Shown here: piece by piece, positions 20,152-29,530 of the stretch
Numbering within the stretch: position 1 is the stretch's first letter
Layout: each line of letters starts with the position of its first letter
Assembly (NCBI GenBank): GCA_964580905.1
Contig: CAZOLR010000003.1
Span: forward strand, 2,237-66,236
Length of the DNA stretch: 64,000 nt
Origin: an uncultured Hyphomicrobiales bacterium
GTDB lineage: Bacteria > Pseudomonadota > Alphaproteobacteria > Puniceispirillales > UBA1172
Direction of reading: 5' to 3'
Made by a program: the position numbers and the translations under genes
The notes under the pieces: generated by a model
What the model was told of the DNA's origin: nothing
Database searches by the model: none
Seen by the model: the letters and a program-made list of their open reading frames with translations, nothing else

Positions 20152-20219
20152 CCCATAAATATAATTTATCTTGATTTATAGCATTGACCCGCTGAAATAT
20201 TTTACCTAACCTTCTTTTC

Positions 20220-20510
20220 ATGTCTCGTTCCGTTATCAGAGCCGATCTGGCCGAAGCTATATATAAGAATATCGGACTTTCACGAAATGAGTCCGCTGAT
20301 ATTGTGTCCACTATTCTTGAAGAGATCACGTCTAACCTTATCGAAGGTGAGACCGTAAAGATTTCATCTTTCGGAAGCTTTTCGGTGCGGAGCAAGAATA
20401 TGCGCATCGGGCGCAACCCAAAAACAGGGCAAGAAGTTCCCATAACACCGCGGCGTGTTCTGTCTTTCCGCCCTTCGCATATCCTGCGTGACAAGGTCAA
20501 TGCCGAATAG
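20220..20510 (+). CDS. ihfA: Integration host factor subunit alpha
   Basis: 96 aa with ..FGSFSVRSKNMRIGRNPKTGQEVPI... Confidence 0.9.
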   Translation: MSRSVIRADLAEAIYKNIGLSRNESADIVSTILEEITSNLIEGETVKISSFGSFSVRSKNMRIGRNPKTGQEVPITPRRVLSFRPSHILRDKVNAE

Positions 20511-20519
20511 GTGAGGGGA

Positions 20520-20858
20520 ATGGTTGAAAAATCCCCTGATGCTTTCCGCAACATTTCCGAAGTTTCTGAACAGTTGAATGTTCCGGCCCATGTATTGCGG
20601 TTCTGGGAAACACGTTTCAGTCAGATCAAGCCGATAAAGCGAAGCGGCGGCCGCCGGTATTACCGCCCTGATGATATTGCGTTGCTCCAGAAAATCCGGG
20701 AGCTTCTCTATGCGCAAGGATATACGATCAAAGGTGCACAGCAGGTGCTCAAGGGCAAGACTCCGTCAGCCGACACTGAACAGGATGTTTCCCGTAAGGA
20801 AAAGGCGATTGCGCTTCTCAACGAAGCTTCAAGGCGGCTTGCAAATCTTTCGGCGTGA
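20520..20858 (+). CDS. Small MerR-family transcriptional regulator
   Basis: HTH region [22 protein letters not shown] 20520 has a GAGGGG Shine-Dalgarno. No obvious sensor domain. The pairing with ihfA is conserved. Confidence 0.75.
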   Translation: MVEKSPDAFRNISEVSEQLNVPAHVLRFWETRFSQIKPIKRSGGRRYYRPDDIALLQKIRELLYAQGYTIKGAQQVLKGKTPSADTEQDVSRKEKAIALLNEASRRLANLSA

Positions 20859-20877
20859 AATTTTAATTCTCTTAATC

Positions 20878-20908
20878 TGCTTTTGGAGTTCTGAAAGCAT
20901 CTTTTTCT
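20878..20908 (+). terminator. Intrinsic terminator after the merR-like gene
   Basis: TGCTTT-10 nt loop-AAAGCA followed by TCTTTTTCT. Confidence 0.55.
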
Positions 20909-21004
20909 GAGAATGTCTGTTTTGCCATTGTATTCTTATTTTATTTGTACTTAAGATAATTTCATCAACATCAATCGTCTTGCATATCCAGAAGTCCCTG
21001 CATC

Positions 21005-22159
21005 ATGTTTACTGAAAGAATGCGCAATTTTCAGAAATCGCTAGGTGATGCTTCCATTGATGTTGCCCTGATAACAGATGATGACAATATCTATTATCTG
21101 ACAGGGTATTATGATTACCTTCATATGGAATTCGGCCGCCCGACGATACTGGTGGTTCATAGTGACGGCAGGACCCTGCTGATCACCCCGTCCATCGATT
21201 ATAACGCCGCCCTCGAACATGCCCGTGTCGACCGTATTGCGGCATGGAATGACGGCGCCGGGAATGAGTGGCGTGAAGAGCTGCCGCTGGCGGTGAAAGG
21301 TGCCGTGACAACGGGAATTGAACCGGATCATATGCCGCCGCTTGTCCGGGCCTATATGGAAAGCCTTGTCGGGGCTCAAACGCTCAAAAGCGTCACGCCT
21401 CTCCTTGCTGAAATGAGAATGATCAAATCGGCAGAAGAGCTCAGGATAGCACGTCATGCCGGTATGGTGGCAAATGCCATGATGCAGGCGGGACGATCTG
21501 CGATAGGTGATGGCGTGGCTGAATTTGAAGTGGCGCTCGCTATATCACAGGCGGGCACGCGCAAAGCGGCTGAACTCCTTGACGCGCATTATGACGACAA
21601 GGATATGTCACCGAATACGCATTTTCTGCAGATCATGGCGTCCGGGGAAACCATCACCAAAACACATCACCGTGCCTCCACCCGCATCATGAAGAGGGGG
21701 GAGCCTGTTTTTCTGTGTTTCTGCGGGATGACAAACTTTCACCGTTTCAAACTGGGGTTTGACCGTACGTTCTGGATTGGTGAAATCACCGATCCCGGGC
21801 AGGCTGAGGTATATGAAACGGCGGTCGCAAGCCAGAAGGCGGCGCTGGCGGCGCTCAGGCCCGGGGTAACGGCTGAAAGTGTCCACGCCGCTTATGCCGA
21901 GGTTATCCGCGGGGCAGGATATGATTATCCGTTCCGCTGCGGCCGGGCGACAGGGTTCAGTTTTCTTGAAAAACCACAGCTTGTCACCGGAGATGAAACC
22001 GTTCTTCAGCCCGGGATGGTGCTGGCCGTCGACGGGTCTGTCACCGTGGATACGTTTCGTGCGCAGGTCGGGGACAGTTTCATCATCACGGAAGACGGGT
22101 ATGAACCGATAACTGATCATCCCAAATCACTTCAGGATATGGTGCTTAATCATGTATGA
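21005..22159 (+). CDS. M24-fold protein of the creatinase/prolidase family with non-canonical metal-ligand positions
   Basis: 384 aa. N-terminal creatinase/prolidase-type domain (..IYYLTGY..), the MRMIKSAEEL motif, and a pita-bread C-terminal half. FLCFCG..GFDRTF and GRATGFSF replace the usual D..D and GHGxG ligand motifs. Confidence 0.7.
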   Translation: MFTERMRNFQKSLGDASIDVALITDDDNIYYLTGYYDYLHMEFGRPTILVVHSDGRTLLITPSIDYNAALEHARVDRIAAWNDGAGNEWREELPLAVKGAVTTGIEPDHMPPLVRAYMESLVGAQTLKSVTPLLAEMRMIKSAEELRIARHAGMVANAMMQAGRSAIGDGVAEFEVALAISQAGTRKAAELLDAHYDDKDMSPNTHFLQIMASGETITKTHHRASTRIMKRGEPVFLCFCGMTNFHRFKLGFDRTFWIGEITDPGQAEVYETAVASQKAALAALRPGVTAESVHAAYAEVIRGAGYDYPFRCGRATGFSFLEKPQLVTGDETVLQPGMVLAVDGSVTVDTFRAQVGDSFIITEDGYEPITDHPKSLQDMVLNHV

Positions 22160-22943
22160 ATCCGGACAAACAATTAATTCAGCTCCACGCAAGCCTGTTC
22201 TTGATGGCGGCAGGCATCACCGGGCCAAACTGGGCTTTATCATGATGTCGACTGATCTGGCAGGTGAGGCGGATTTCATGGATATGGCGCCGGAAGGTGT
22301 TGGCGTTCATATCACCCGGCTCAAGACCGATGACTACACGACAACCGAAACACTCTCCCGTCATATTGAACATATGGCGGATGCAGCGTCACGCCTGCAG
22401 CCCGATGTGAAACCTGAGGTGATCAGTTATAGTTGCACCAGCGGATCGATTGTCATCGGCGAAGACAGGGTTTTTGAAGAGATCAGCAAAGGCGCCCCAT
22501 GGGCAAGGCCGATGTGTATCGTTACCGGTGTGGTTGATGCGTTGCGGGAAATCGGCGCCCGTAAGATTGTGGTTGGCACGCCCTACCTTGATGAAATCAA
22601 CACCGCCGAGGCAGAGTTTCTTATCGGCAAGGGGTTTGATCTGATCGATATACAGGGGCTTAATCTGGAGACCGGTATCGAATTCGGGCGGGTGACGCCA
22701 GCCTACTGGAAGGAATTCGCCCTTGAGATCGATGACCCCGAGGCTGATGCCATTTTCCTTTCCTGTGGCGGCATTCGTGCGCTTGAAGTGGTCAGGGAAA
22801 TTGAGCAAACTGTCGGCAAGCCGGTGATTACCTCAAATCAGGCCCAGTTCTGGAGTTGCCTCAGGCGTGCTGGGATCAAGGATCAGATTGAGGGCTTCGG
22901 CGAGATTTTCAGGCGGCCCGGAACATCACTTCTGCCGGCATGA
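22152..22943 (+). CDS. Asp/Glu/hydantoin racemase-superfamily protein (maleate isomerase / arylmalonate decarboxylase / EutA-like)
   Basis: 263 aa. Two candidate catalytic Cys residues in YSCTSGS (Cys95) and LSCGGIR (Cys205). 8-nt overlap with the M24 gene. Confidence 0.65.
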   Translation: MYESGQTINSAPRKPVLDGGRHHRAKLGFIMMSTDLAGEADFMDMAPEGVGVHITRLKTDDYTTTETLSRHIEHMADAASRLQPDVKPEVISYSCTSGSIVIGEDRVFEEISKGAPWARPMCIVTGVVDALREIGARKIVVGTPYLDEINTAEAEFLIGKGFDLIDIQGLNLETGIEFGRVTPAYWKEFALEIDDPEADAIFLSCGGIRALEVVREIEQTVGKPVITSNQAQFWSCLRRAGIKDQIEGFGEIFRRPGTSLLPA

Positions 22944-22962
22944 TTTGGGAGAGCAAAACTTC

Positions 22963-24234
22963 ATGACCAGATTTTCTGCCTGGAATGTTATTCGCAATGC
23001 CTTTAACGGCCAGAAAGGCTGGACGCGGCAATGGCGTGACCCGGAATTGAAGCCGGAATATGATATTGTGGTCGTTGGTGGCGGACTGCACGGGCTGGCA
23101 ACCGCGTATTACCTTGCCAAAAACCATGGCCTCAGGAATATCGCGGTGCTGGAAAAAGGCTGGCTTGGTGGCGGCAATGGCGGCCGGAATACCACCATCG
23201 TGCGCTCAAACTACGCCCGCCCCGGAAACCGGGAGTTCTACGAACATTCGCTGAAACTCTGGGAGAATATGAGCCATGATCTGAACTATAATGTGATGTT
23301 CAGCCAGCGTTCGCATATCACGCTTCTGCATACGCCGGGGGCCATCGATAACACGGCCCGCAACTATAATATCATGCGCAAGACCGGAACTCCGGATACG
23401 GAATTATGGGATCTGGACCAGCTTAAGGCGACGGTGCCGCATCTCAATTACAGCCCGGAGGCCCGGTTTCCGATCATGGCGGCGGCGGTGCAGAAAAGGG
23501 CAGGGACCGCCCGTCATGACGCGGTGGCCTGGGGATATGCACGGGCCGCGGACATGCTCGGGGTCGATATTATCCAGAACTGCGAAGTCACCGGCGTGAG
23601 CCGTAAAGCCGGTAAGGTTGTCTCGCTGAGCACGAGTCGCGGGGTGGTGCGGGCTGGAAAAGTCGGCTTTGCGGTGGCGGGGAATACCTCAAGATTATGG
23701 GGGATGGCGGATCTCGGGCGTCTGCCCATTGAATCGCATAAACTTCAGGCGTTTGTTTCGGAGCCGCTCAAACCCCTTCTGGATCAGGTGGTGGTTTTTG
23801 GTGTCGGCGGTGCGCATTTCTATATCTCCCAGTCCGATAAGGGTGGGATGGTCTTTGGTGGTGATATCGACTGGTATAAATCCTATGCCCAGCGCGGCAA
23901 TCTGCCCATTGTTCAGGATGTTGCCGAGGCCGCCATGTCTGTTATGCCCTGCCTTGGGCGGGTGAAACTGTTGCGGCACTGGTCAGGTGTGATGGATATG
24001 TCGATGGACGGGTCTTTCTTCATCTGCAAGACGCCGCTTGATAACCTCTATCTCAACGCGGGCTGGAACTATGGCGGGTTCAAGGCTAGCCCTGCTTCGG
24101 GCTGGTATTTTGCTGATCTCATTGCCAATGACCGGCCGCATCGGGTGGTGGAAAACCATGACCTCAAACGGTTTGAACGCGGCGTCAATATTGATGAACG
24201 CGGCGCTGGCCCTGACCCCAAGCTTCACGGATAA
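22963..24234 (+). CDS. soxB: Sarcosine oxidase subunit beta
   Basis: ATG 22963 with a GGGAGAG Shine-Dalgarno. FAD fingerprint DIVVVGGGLHGLATAYYLA. Followed by soxD, soxA and soxG. Confidence 0.9.
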   Translation: MTRFSAWNVIRNAFNGQKGWTRQWRDPELKPEYDIVVVGGGLHGLATAYYLAKNHGLRNIAVLEKGWLGGGNGGRNTTIVRSNYARPGNREFYEHSLKLWENMSHDLNYNVMFSQRSHITLLHTPGAIDNTARNYNIMRKTGTPDTELWDLDQLKATVPHLNYSPEARFPIMAAAVQKRAGTARHDAVAWGYARAADMLGVDIIQNCEVTGVSRKAGKVVSLSTSRGVVRAGKVGFAVAGNTSRLWGMADLGRLPIESHKLQAFVSEPLKPLLDQVVVFGVGGAHFYISQSDKGGMVFGGDIDWYKSYAQRGNLPIVQDVAEAAMSVMPCLGRVKLLRHWSGVMDMSMDGSFFICKTPLDNLYLNAGWNYGGFKASPASGWYFADLIANDRPHRVVENHDLKRFERGVNIDERGAGPDPKLHG

Positions 24235-24265
24235 GGACAGCGCAGTATGAAGAGGAAAGATTAGG

Positions 24266-24550
24266 ATGATCCGGATACCCTGTCCCTTCTGCGGTGATCG
24301 TGACCATAGCGAATTCAGCTACGGCGGCGATGGATCCATTGAATATCCGCCTCTCGATGCTTCTGCTGAAGCGTGGCATGACGCGGTCTTCCTGAGGGAG
24401 AATATCTGCGGTGTACAGGTGGAAACCTGGCAACATGTGCAGGGTTGCCGCATGTGGCTCCGGGTGACGCGGGATACAATGACACACGAGATTCATGATG
24501 TTAAACCTGCGCATAAGGGATTGGCTAAAGCCCTGGGGGGAAGCAAGTGA
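24266..24550 (+). CDS. soxD: Sarcosine oxidase subunit delta
   Basis: 94 aa. MIRIPCPFCGDRDHSEF zinc-finger N-terminus characteristic of SoxD. Confidence 0.9.
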   Translation: MIRIPCPFCGDRDHSEFSYGGDGSIEYPPLDASAEAWHDAVFLRENICGVQVETWQHVQGCRMWLRVTRDTMTHEIHDVKPAHKGLAKALGGSK

Positions 24551-27504
24551 CGGCACGGCGACTTCAAAAAGGCGGGCGAATTGATCGCTCAAAGGTGATT
24601 GAATTCACCTGGGATGGCAAGCCTCTGACCGGTTATGCCGGGGACACGCTGGCTTCGGCCCTGATGGCAAATGGTGAGATGATTTTGGGCCGGAGTTTCA
24701 AATATCACCGGCCGCGGGGCATCATGTCGGCGGGTGTAGAGGAATCCGGCGCTATTGTCTCGGTGGGTTCGGGCAACAGGGTTGAGCCGAACGTCAAGGC
24801 AACCATGCAGGAGCTTTTCAGCGGACTGATCGCCACCGGCCAGAATGCCTGGCCAAATGTGCGGAATGATATCGGTGCTGTTTCAGACTGTTTCAGCCGG
24901 TTTTTCGCCGCCGGTTTTTATTACAAGACCTTCATGGGTTTGCCGCCGTTTGAATGGGGCCGGGGAACAGCTATCTGGATGCAGTATGAAAAACTGATCC
25001 GGAAAGCCGCCGGGATGGGACGGGCTTCACGCGAGGCGGATCCGGATGTCTATGATCATGCCCATGCGTTCTGTGATGTGCTGGTGGTTGGCTCTGGCCC
25101 TGCCGGACTCAATGCGGCGCTGGCGGCGGCCCAAGGCGGTATGGACGTTATACTGGTTGAGCAGGATTTCGAACTTGGCGGAAATTATCTCAACCAGGCT
25201 GATGCGGCGACGGAAAAACACCGGCTTTCCCTCATCCGTGCAGTTGAAAAAGCCGGCGTGAGGATCATGACCCGGACAACGGCCTTTGGTCTTTATGATT
25301 ATGGCACGGCAGGCCTGATTGAACGGGTGACCGATCATCTCTCCTCCCCGCCGGAATATATGCCGCGGCAACGTTTCTGGACGGTGCGTGCGACGCATAC
25401 GATTCTGGCAACCGGTGCGCTGGAACGTTCTATGGCGTTCGGTCATAACGACCGGCCCGGGGTGATGACGGCGGCGGCAGCACGGGTCTATCTCAACCGT
25501 TATGGTATTCTGCCCGGCCAGAAAGTCATCATCGCCACCAATAACGATTCGGTTTATGGCACGGCAGGAGAACTCGCCGCCGCTGGTGCTGATGTTACCG
25601 TGATTGATGCCAGACCTGACGGAGCCGGTGAAACACCTTCCGGCGTGACATGCCGTTTTGGTATGGCGCCGCTGGAGGTTATTGGCGGGAAAACGGTTGC
25701 CGGTCTTCGCCTTGCCGCCTCAGACGGGTCCGGCTGGAGAGAGGCCGGCCGGCAAGATGGTGATCTGCTGCTTGTGTCCGGCGGGTGGTCGCCTGTGGTT
25801 AATCTCTTGTCGCATCGCGGGAACAAGCCTGAGTGGAATGCGGAACTAGCCTGTTTTCTGCCCGGGCCAACCAGGGAGAATATCCATATGGCTGGATCAG
25901 CCGCCGGGATCTGGGACGGCGGGGCTTGCGAAGCTTCCGGAAAAGCCGCGGCCGACAAGGCAATGGGCAAAAAGGGTAAATCACTTGCTCCGGGGGGATG
26001 GACAACCCCGATCCGGCCGGTTTATGAAATTCAGGTCCCGGGCCGGAAAACCAAAAGCTTCGTTGATTTTCAGCATGACGTGACGGCAAGCGATATCCGC
26101 CTTGCGCATCAGGAAGGGTTTGTTTCGGTCGAACACCTCAAACGCTATACCACCCTGGGGATGGCGACCGATCAGGGGAAGATGGGGAACATCATCGGTC
26201 TTGCGCTGATGGCCGAAGCTCTGGGCAAGGATATCCCCGAGGTTGGCACAACACGTTTCCGCCCGCCATATACGCCTGTTTCCATCGGTGCGCTGGCAGG
26301 ACGAAATACAGGCGAACATTTCAGGGCCCTGCGCCGCACACCTATGCATGACTGGAACCTCCGTCAGGGGGCGGTGATGACCCTTGCCGGTGTCTGGCAG
26401 CGCCCGTGGTACTATCCGCGGCAGGGCGAGACGATCACCGACGCTTATATCCGCGAGGCCGGAACGGTGCGTGATACTGTCGGAATGTGTGATGTCAGCT
26501 CACTGGGCAAGATCGCCGTGCAAGGCCCGGATGCGGCGGAATTTCTCAACCGTGTCTATACCAATGGTTTTGCGAAACTGCCGGTGGGTAAATCGCGCTA
26601 CGGGATCATGTTGCGTGATGACGGTATCGTGATGGATGACGGGACAACCTGGCGTCTTGCGGAAAATGATTTCCTGATGACCACCACCACGACGCATGCC
26701 GCCAAGGTAATGGTCTGGCTCGAAGAGCTGTTACAGATACGCTGGCCGGAGCTCAAGGTGCATGTGTCGTCCGTGTCCGATCAATGGGCGGGGGTTTCGG
26801 TGGCGGGGCCGCTTTCAAGGGAGACCATCGCCGCCTGTCTTGAGGATCCGGATGCGGTATCGCGTGAAAATCTGCCCTTCATGGGTGTGGCCCCCATCAG
26901 GATGAAAGGCGGCATAGATGCCAAGATTGCACGTATCAGCTTTTCCGGTGAACTTGCTTTTGAGGTCTATGTTCCTGCGGCACAGGCTGAGGCGATGATG
27001 GATCAGCTTCATGCGGCGGTGCAGGAACGTGGCGGCTGCCTCTATGGATTGGAAGCCCTCGGCACGCTCCGGATTGAAAAAGGCCATGTCACCGGAGCGG
27101 AGCTCGATGGCCGGGTGACGATTGATGATGCCGGTCTTGGTAAAATGGCATCGACAAAGAAATCCTATATCGGTTCAGCCTTGCGCCAGCGGCCTGAACT
27201 CCTGCGTGAAGACCGGCCGCAACTTGTCGGTATCTTCCCGAAAGACCGCACGCAGACCTTCAAAGGCGGGGCGCTGTTGTTTAAATATGGCCGGATCAGC
27301 GGCTTTGGTGAAGGCTGGATCACCGGCGTCACCCATTCGCCTGCGCTGGGGCACTGGATCGGGATCGGGTTTGTTTCAGGCGGATACAAGGCCTGGGAAG
27401 GCAAACGCGTGGTGGCAACGGACCCGTTACGGAACAAGGATGTCGAGGTAGAGATTGTCTCCCCCCATATGTTTGACCCTGATGGAGGGCGGATGCATGG
27501 CTAA
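24547..27504 (+). CDS. soxA: Sarcosine oxidase subunit alpha
   Basis: 985 aa. GTGA overlap with soxD. Dinucleotide-binding motif VVGSGPAGLNAA. GcvT-like C-terminal half. Confidence 0.9.
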   Translation: MTARRLQKGGRIDRSKVIEFTWDGKPLTGYAGDTLASALMANGEMILGRSFKYHRPRGIMSAGVEESGAIVSVGSGNRVEPNVKATMQELFSGLIATGQNAWPNVRNDIGAVSDCFSRFFAAGFYYKTFMGLPPFEWGRGTAIWMQYEKLIRKAAGMGRASREADPDVYDHAHAFCDVLVVGSGPAGLNAALAAAQGGMDVILVEQDFELGGNYLNQADAATEKHRLSLIRAVEKAGVRIMTRTTAFGLYDYGTAGLIERVTDHLSSPPEYMPRQRFWTVRATHTILATGALERSMAFGHNDRPGVMTAAAARVYLNRYGILPGQKVIIATNNDSVYGTAGELAAAGADVTVIDARPDGAGETPSGVTCRFGMAPLEVIGGKTVAGLRLAASDGSGWREAGRQDGDLLLVSGGWSPVVNLLSHRGNKPEWNAELACFLPGPTRENIHMAGSAAGIWDGGACEASGKAAADKAMGKKGKSLAPGGWTTPIRPVYEIQVPGRKTKSFVDFQHDVTASDIRLAHQEGFVSVEHLKRYTTLGMATDQGKMGNIIGLALMAEALGKDIPEVGTTRFRPPYTPVSIGALAGRNTGEHFRALRRTPMHDWNLRQGAVMTLAGVWQRPWYYPRQGETITDAYIREAGTVRDTVGMCDVSSLGKIAVQGPDAAEFLNRVYTNGFAKLPVGKSRYGIMLRDDGIVMDDGTTWRLAENDFLMTTTTTHAAKVMVWLEELLQIRWPELKVHVSSVSDQWAGVSVAGPLSRETIAACLEDPDAVSRENLPFMGVAPIRMKGGIDAKIARISFSGELAFEVYVPAAQAEAMMDQLHAAVQERGGCLYGLEALGTLRIEKGHVTGAELDGRVTIDDAGLGKMASTKKSYIGSALRQRPELLREDRPQLVGIFPKDRTQTFKGGALLFKYGRISGFGEGWITGVTHSPALGHWIGIGFVSGGYKAWEGKRVVATDPLRNKDVEVEIVSPHMFDPDGGRMHG

Positions 27505-28069
27505 ATCAGTATCAGCACTGCACGGGCATATGAAAAAGGGCAGATACGGGGCGGCCGGAAAGGCTGGCGTTATCATTAAAGAAGTGGCGGTTGCATCGCT
27601 CATCCAGATATCGTCATGGCCGGATTCAGTCCCTGACAATGAAAAGGTTGCGGCCAAATCAGCAGGGCTGCGTGCAGCGCCCGGGCCGGGCAAGGTCAAG
27701 AGAGGGAAGAAGAGCGATCTCCTGCGGATTGAGCCGCTCAAATGGTGGGTGATCTCGGATCACGGGGAAATTACCCTTCCGTCCGTTGCAGCTGAAAAAG
27801 GGATGGTGCTCGATCTGTCTTCATCGAAAACCTGGCTGAAGATCAGCGGGTCACAGGCGGCACACCTGCTGAACCATTTTCTGCCGCTGGATTTCAGGAA
27901 AGATGTGTTTTCGGAAAACGATGTTGCCAGCACCGGCTTTCATCATATCGGGGTGACGGTATGGCGCGACGAGGACGGGTTCAACCTGCTCCTGCCGCGC
28001 AGTTTTGCCCTCTCGCTATGGGAGTTGCTTGAGGCCAGCGCCCTTCAATACGGACTTGAGGTGAAATAA
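27497..28069 (+). CDS. soxG: Sarcosine oxidase subunit gamma
   Basis: ATG 27497 overlaps the soxA stop (ATGGCTAA) and has a GGAGGG Shine-Dalgarno. About 190 aa, in the soxBDAG position. Confidence 0.8.
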   Translation: MAKSVSALHGHMKKGRYGAAGKAGVIIKEVAVASLIQISSWPDSVPDNEKVAAKSAGLRAAPGPGKVKRGKKSDLLRIEPLKWWVISDHGEITLPSVAAEKGMVLDLSSSKTWLKISGSQAAHLLNHFLPLDFRKDVFSENDVASTGFHHIGVTVWRDEDGFNLLLPRSFALSLWELLEASALQYGLEVK

Positions 28070-28075
28070 CCGGAC

Positions 28076-29221
28076 GTGAGCGCATTTTCAGATAAACTGA
28101 CCGCACTCAGGCGTGATTTCCATCTTCACCCTGAGCTCGGGTTTGAAGAACACCGGACCCGTGCCAGGGTTGCGGAAATTCTTCGTGGTCTCGGGCTTGA
28201 GGTCCATGAAGGAGTCGGCGTTGTCGGTATTCTCAGAAACGGTTCGGGGAACAGGGCCATTGCGCTCAGGGCTGATATGGATGCCCTGCCTGTTCAGGAG
28301 ACCAGCACGCACGGATATGTTTCCACCAACCCTGGCGTCATGCATGCCTGCGGACATGATGGACATACAACCATGCTTCTGGGTGCCGCCGAGTTGCTGA
28401 GCCAGACACCTGATTTTGATGGCACGGTGGTATTTATTTTCCAGCCCAACGAAGAACATGGTCTCGGTGCAAAGGCAATGATCGACGAAGGCGTTCTTGA
28501 GCGGTTTCCGGTGGATGAAATCTACGCCATCCATAATCTGCCCGGCGCACCCCTTGGTCAGGTTTCAACCAGGCCAGGGCAGATCTGTAACAGTGAAAGC
28601 CTGTTTGAGATCAGGATAAAGGGGCAGGGCGGGCATGCCTCCATGCCGCAGGTTGGGGTTGATGCGATAACCGTTGGGGCTGAACTCGTGCTGGCCTTAC
28701 AGACCATTGTGTCGCGCAAACTTTCCCCCGGGGCAGGTGCAGTGGTTTCGGTAACCGAATTCCTCACCGACGGATGCCGGAACGTTTTGCCGGGTCATGC
28801 GACGCTGAAAGGCGATGTGAGGGCAAGACAGCCGCAGGACCGGGAGATGGTTGAACGCTTCATGCGGCAGATAACCGACGGCGTCGCGGCAACACACGGC
28901 ATTGAGGCCAGCATGGATTTCAATGCGGATTTTATCGAGACGATCAATTCCGAAGAGCCGACCGAAGCGGTCATTCGTTCAGCTGAAAAGGCGGGGCTTG
29001 ACGTTATCGGGGATCGTCAGCCGATGAGCTTTTCCGAAGATTTCGCCCAGTTCAGCCAGGCTGTTCCCGGGTGTTTCCTGCTTCTAGGTAATGGGGAAGA
29101 AGGGCCGCATGGTCAGCCATTGCACGCATCGGATTATGATTTCAATGATGCGTTGCTCCCCATCGGCGCCGGTTTCTGGCAATCTCTTGTGCGTGACCGT
29201 CTTCCTTTGTCAAAAGGCTAG
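28076..29221 (+). CDS. M20-family amidohydrolase (hippurate hydrolase / N-acyl- or N-carbamoyl-amino-acid amidohydrolase-like)
   Basis: 381 aa with ..LRADMDALP.. and ..HACGHDGH.. motifs. Lies 6 nt after soxG. Confidence 0.8.
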   Translation: MSAFSDKLTALRRDFHLHPELGFEEHRTRARVAEILRGLGLEVHEGVGVVGILRNGSGNRAIALRADMDALPVQETSTHGYVSTNPGVMHACGHDGHTTMLLGAAELLSQTPDFDGTVVFIFQPNEEHGLGAKAMIDEGVLERFPVDEIYAIHNLPGAPLGQVSTRPGQICNSESLFEIRIKGQGGHASMPQVGVDAITVGAELVLALQTIVSRKLSPGAGAVVSVTEFLTDGCRNVLPGHATLKGDVRARQPQDREMVERFMRQITDGVAATHGIEASMDFNADFIETINSEEPTEAVIRSAEKAGLDVIGDRQPMSFSEDFAQFSQAVPGCFLLLGNGEEGPHGQPLHASDYDFNDALLPIGAGFWQSLVRDRLPLSKG

Positions 29222-29287
29222 TCTTTCCTCGTAACGCGCCGTTTGACCTTCGTCTTATCTTGAGTTACAAGCTCTAGGTAATGGTCT

Positions 29288-29364
29288 CGGAGTGTAGCGC
29301 AGCCTGGTAGCGCACCATACTGGGGGTGTGGGGGTCGTGGGTTCAAATCCCGCCACTCCGACCA
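29288..29364 (+). tRNA. tRNA-Pro (anticodon GGG)
   Basis: Hand-folded cloverleaf. Acceptor CGGAGTG/CACTCCG, D stem GCGC/GCGC, anticodon loop CT-GGG-GG, T arm GTGGG-TTCAAAT-CCCGC, encoded CCA. Confidence 0.9.
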
Positions 29365-29530
29365 TTAAATTTTGTTTTCATCCAGCATTTTTTAGCATCT
29401 TTACGACTCATGCCGTATGTTTATGGCAAGGTGTTTTTGTTTATCCGTGCTGATGTATGTTTTTCCTGAAAGTTTTTACGGCACAGTCATGTTTGCATCC
29501 GAGACACTATTGATAAAAAGGAACGCATAA

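Noticed and set aside
20520-20858. The MerR-family gene as the dedicated regulator of the adjacent sox operon.
   Set aside because: It is separated from the operon by a terminator-like hairpin and a 146-bp spacer. A small MerR gene after ihfA is a conserved housekeeping pairing in alphaproteobacteria. The idea cannot be excluded, but the sequence does not support it.
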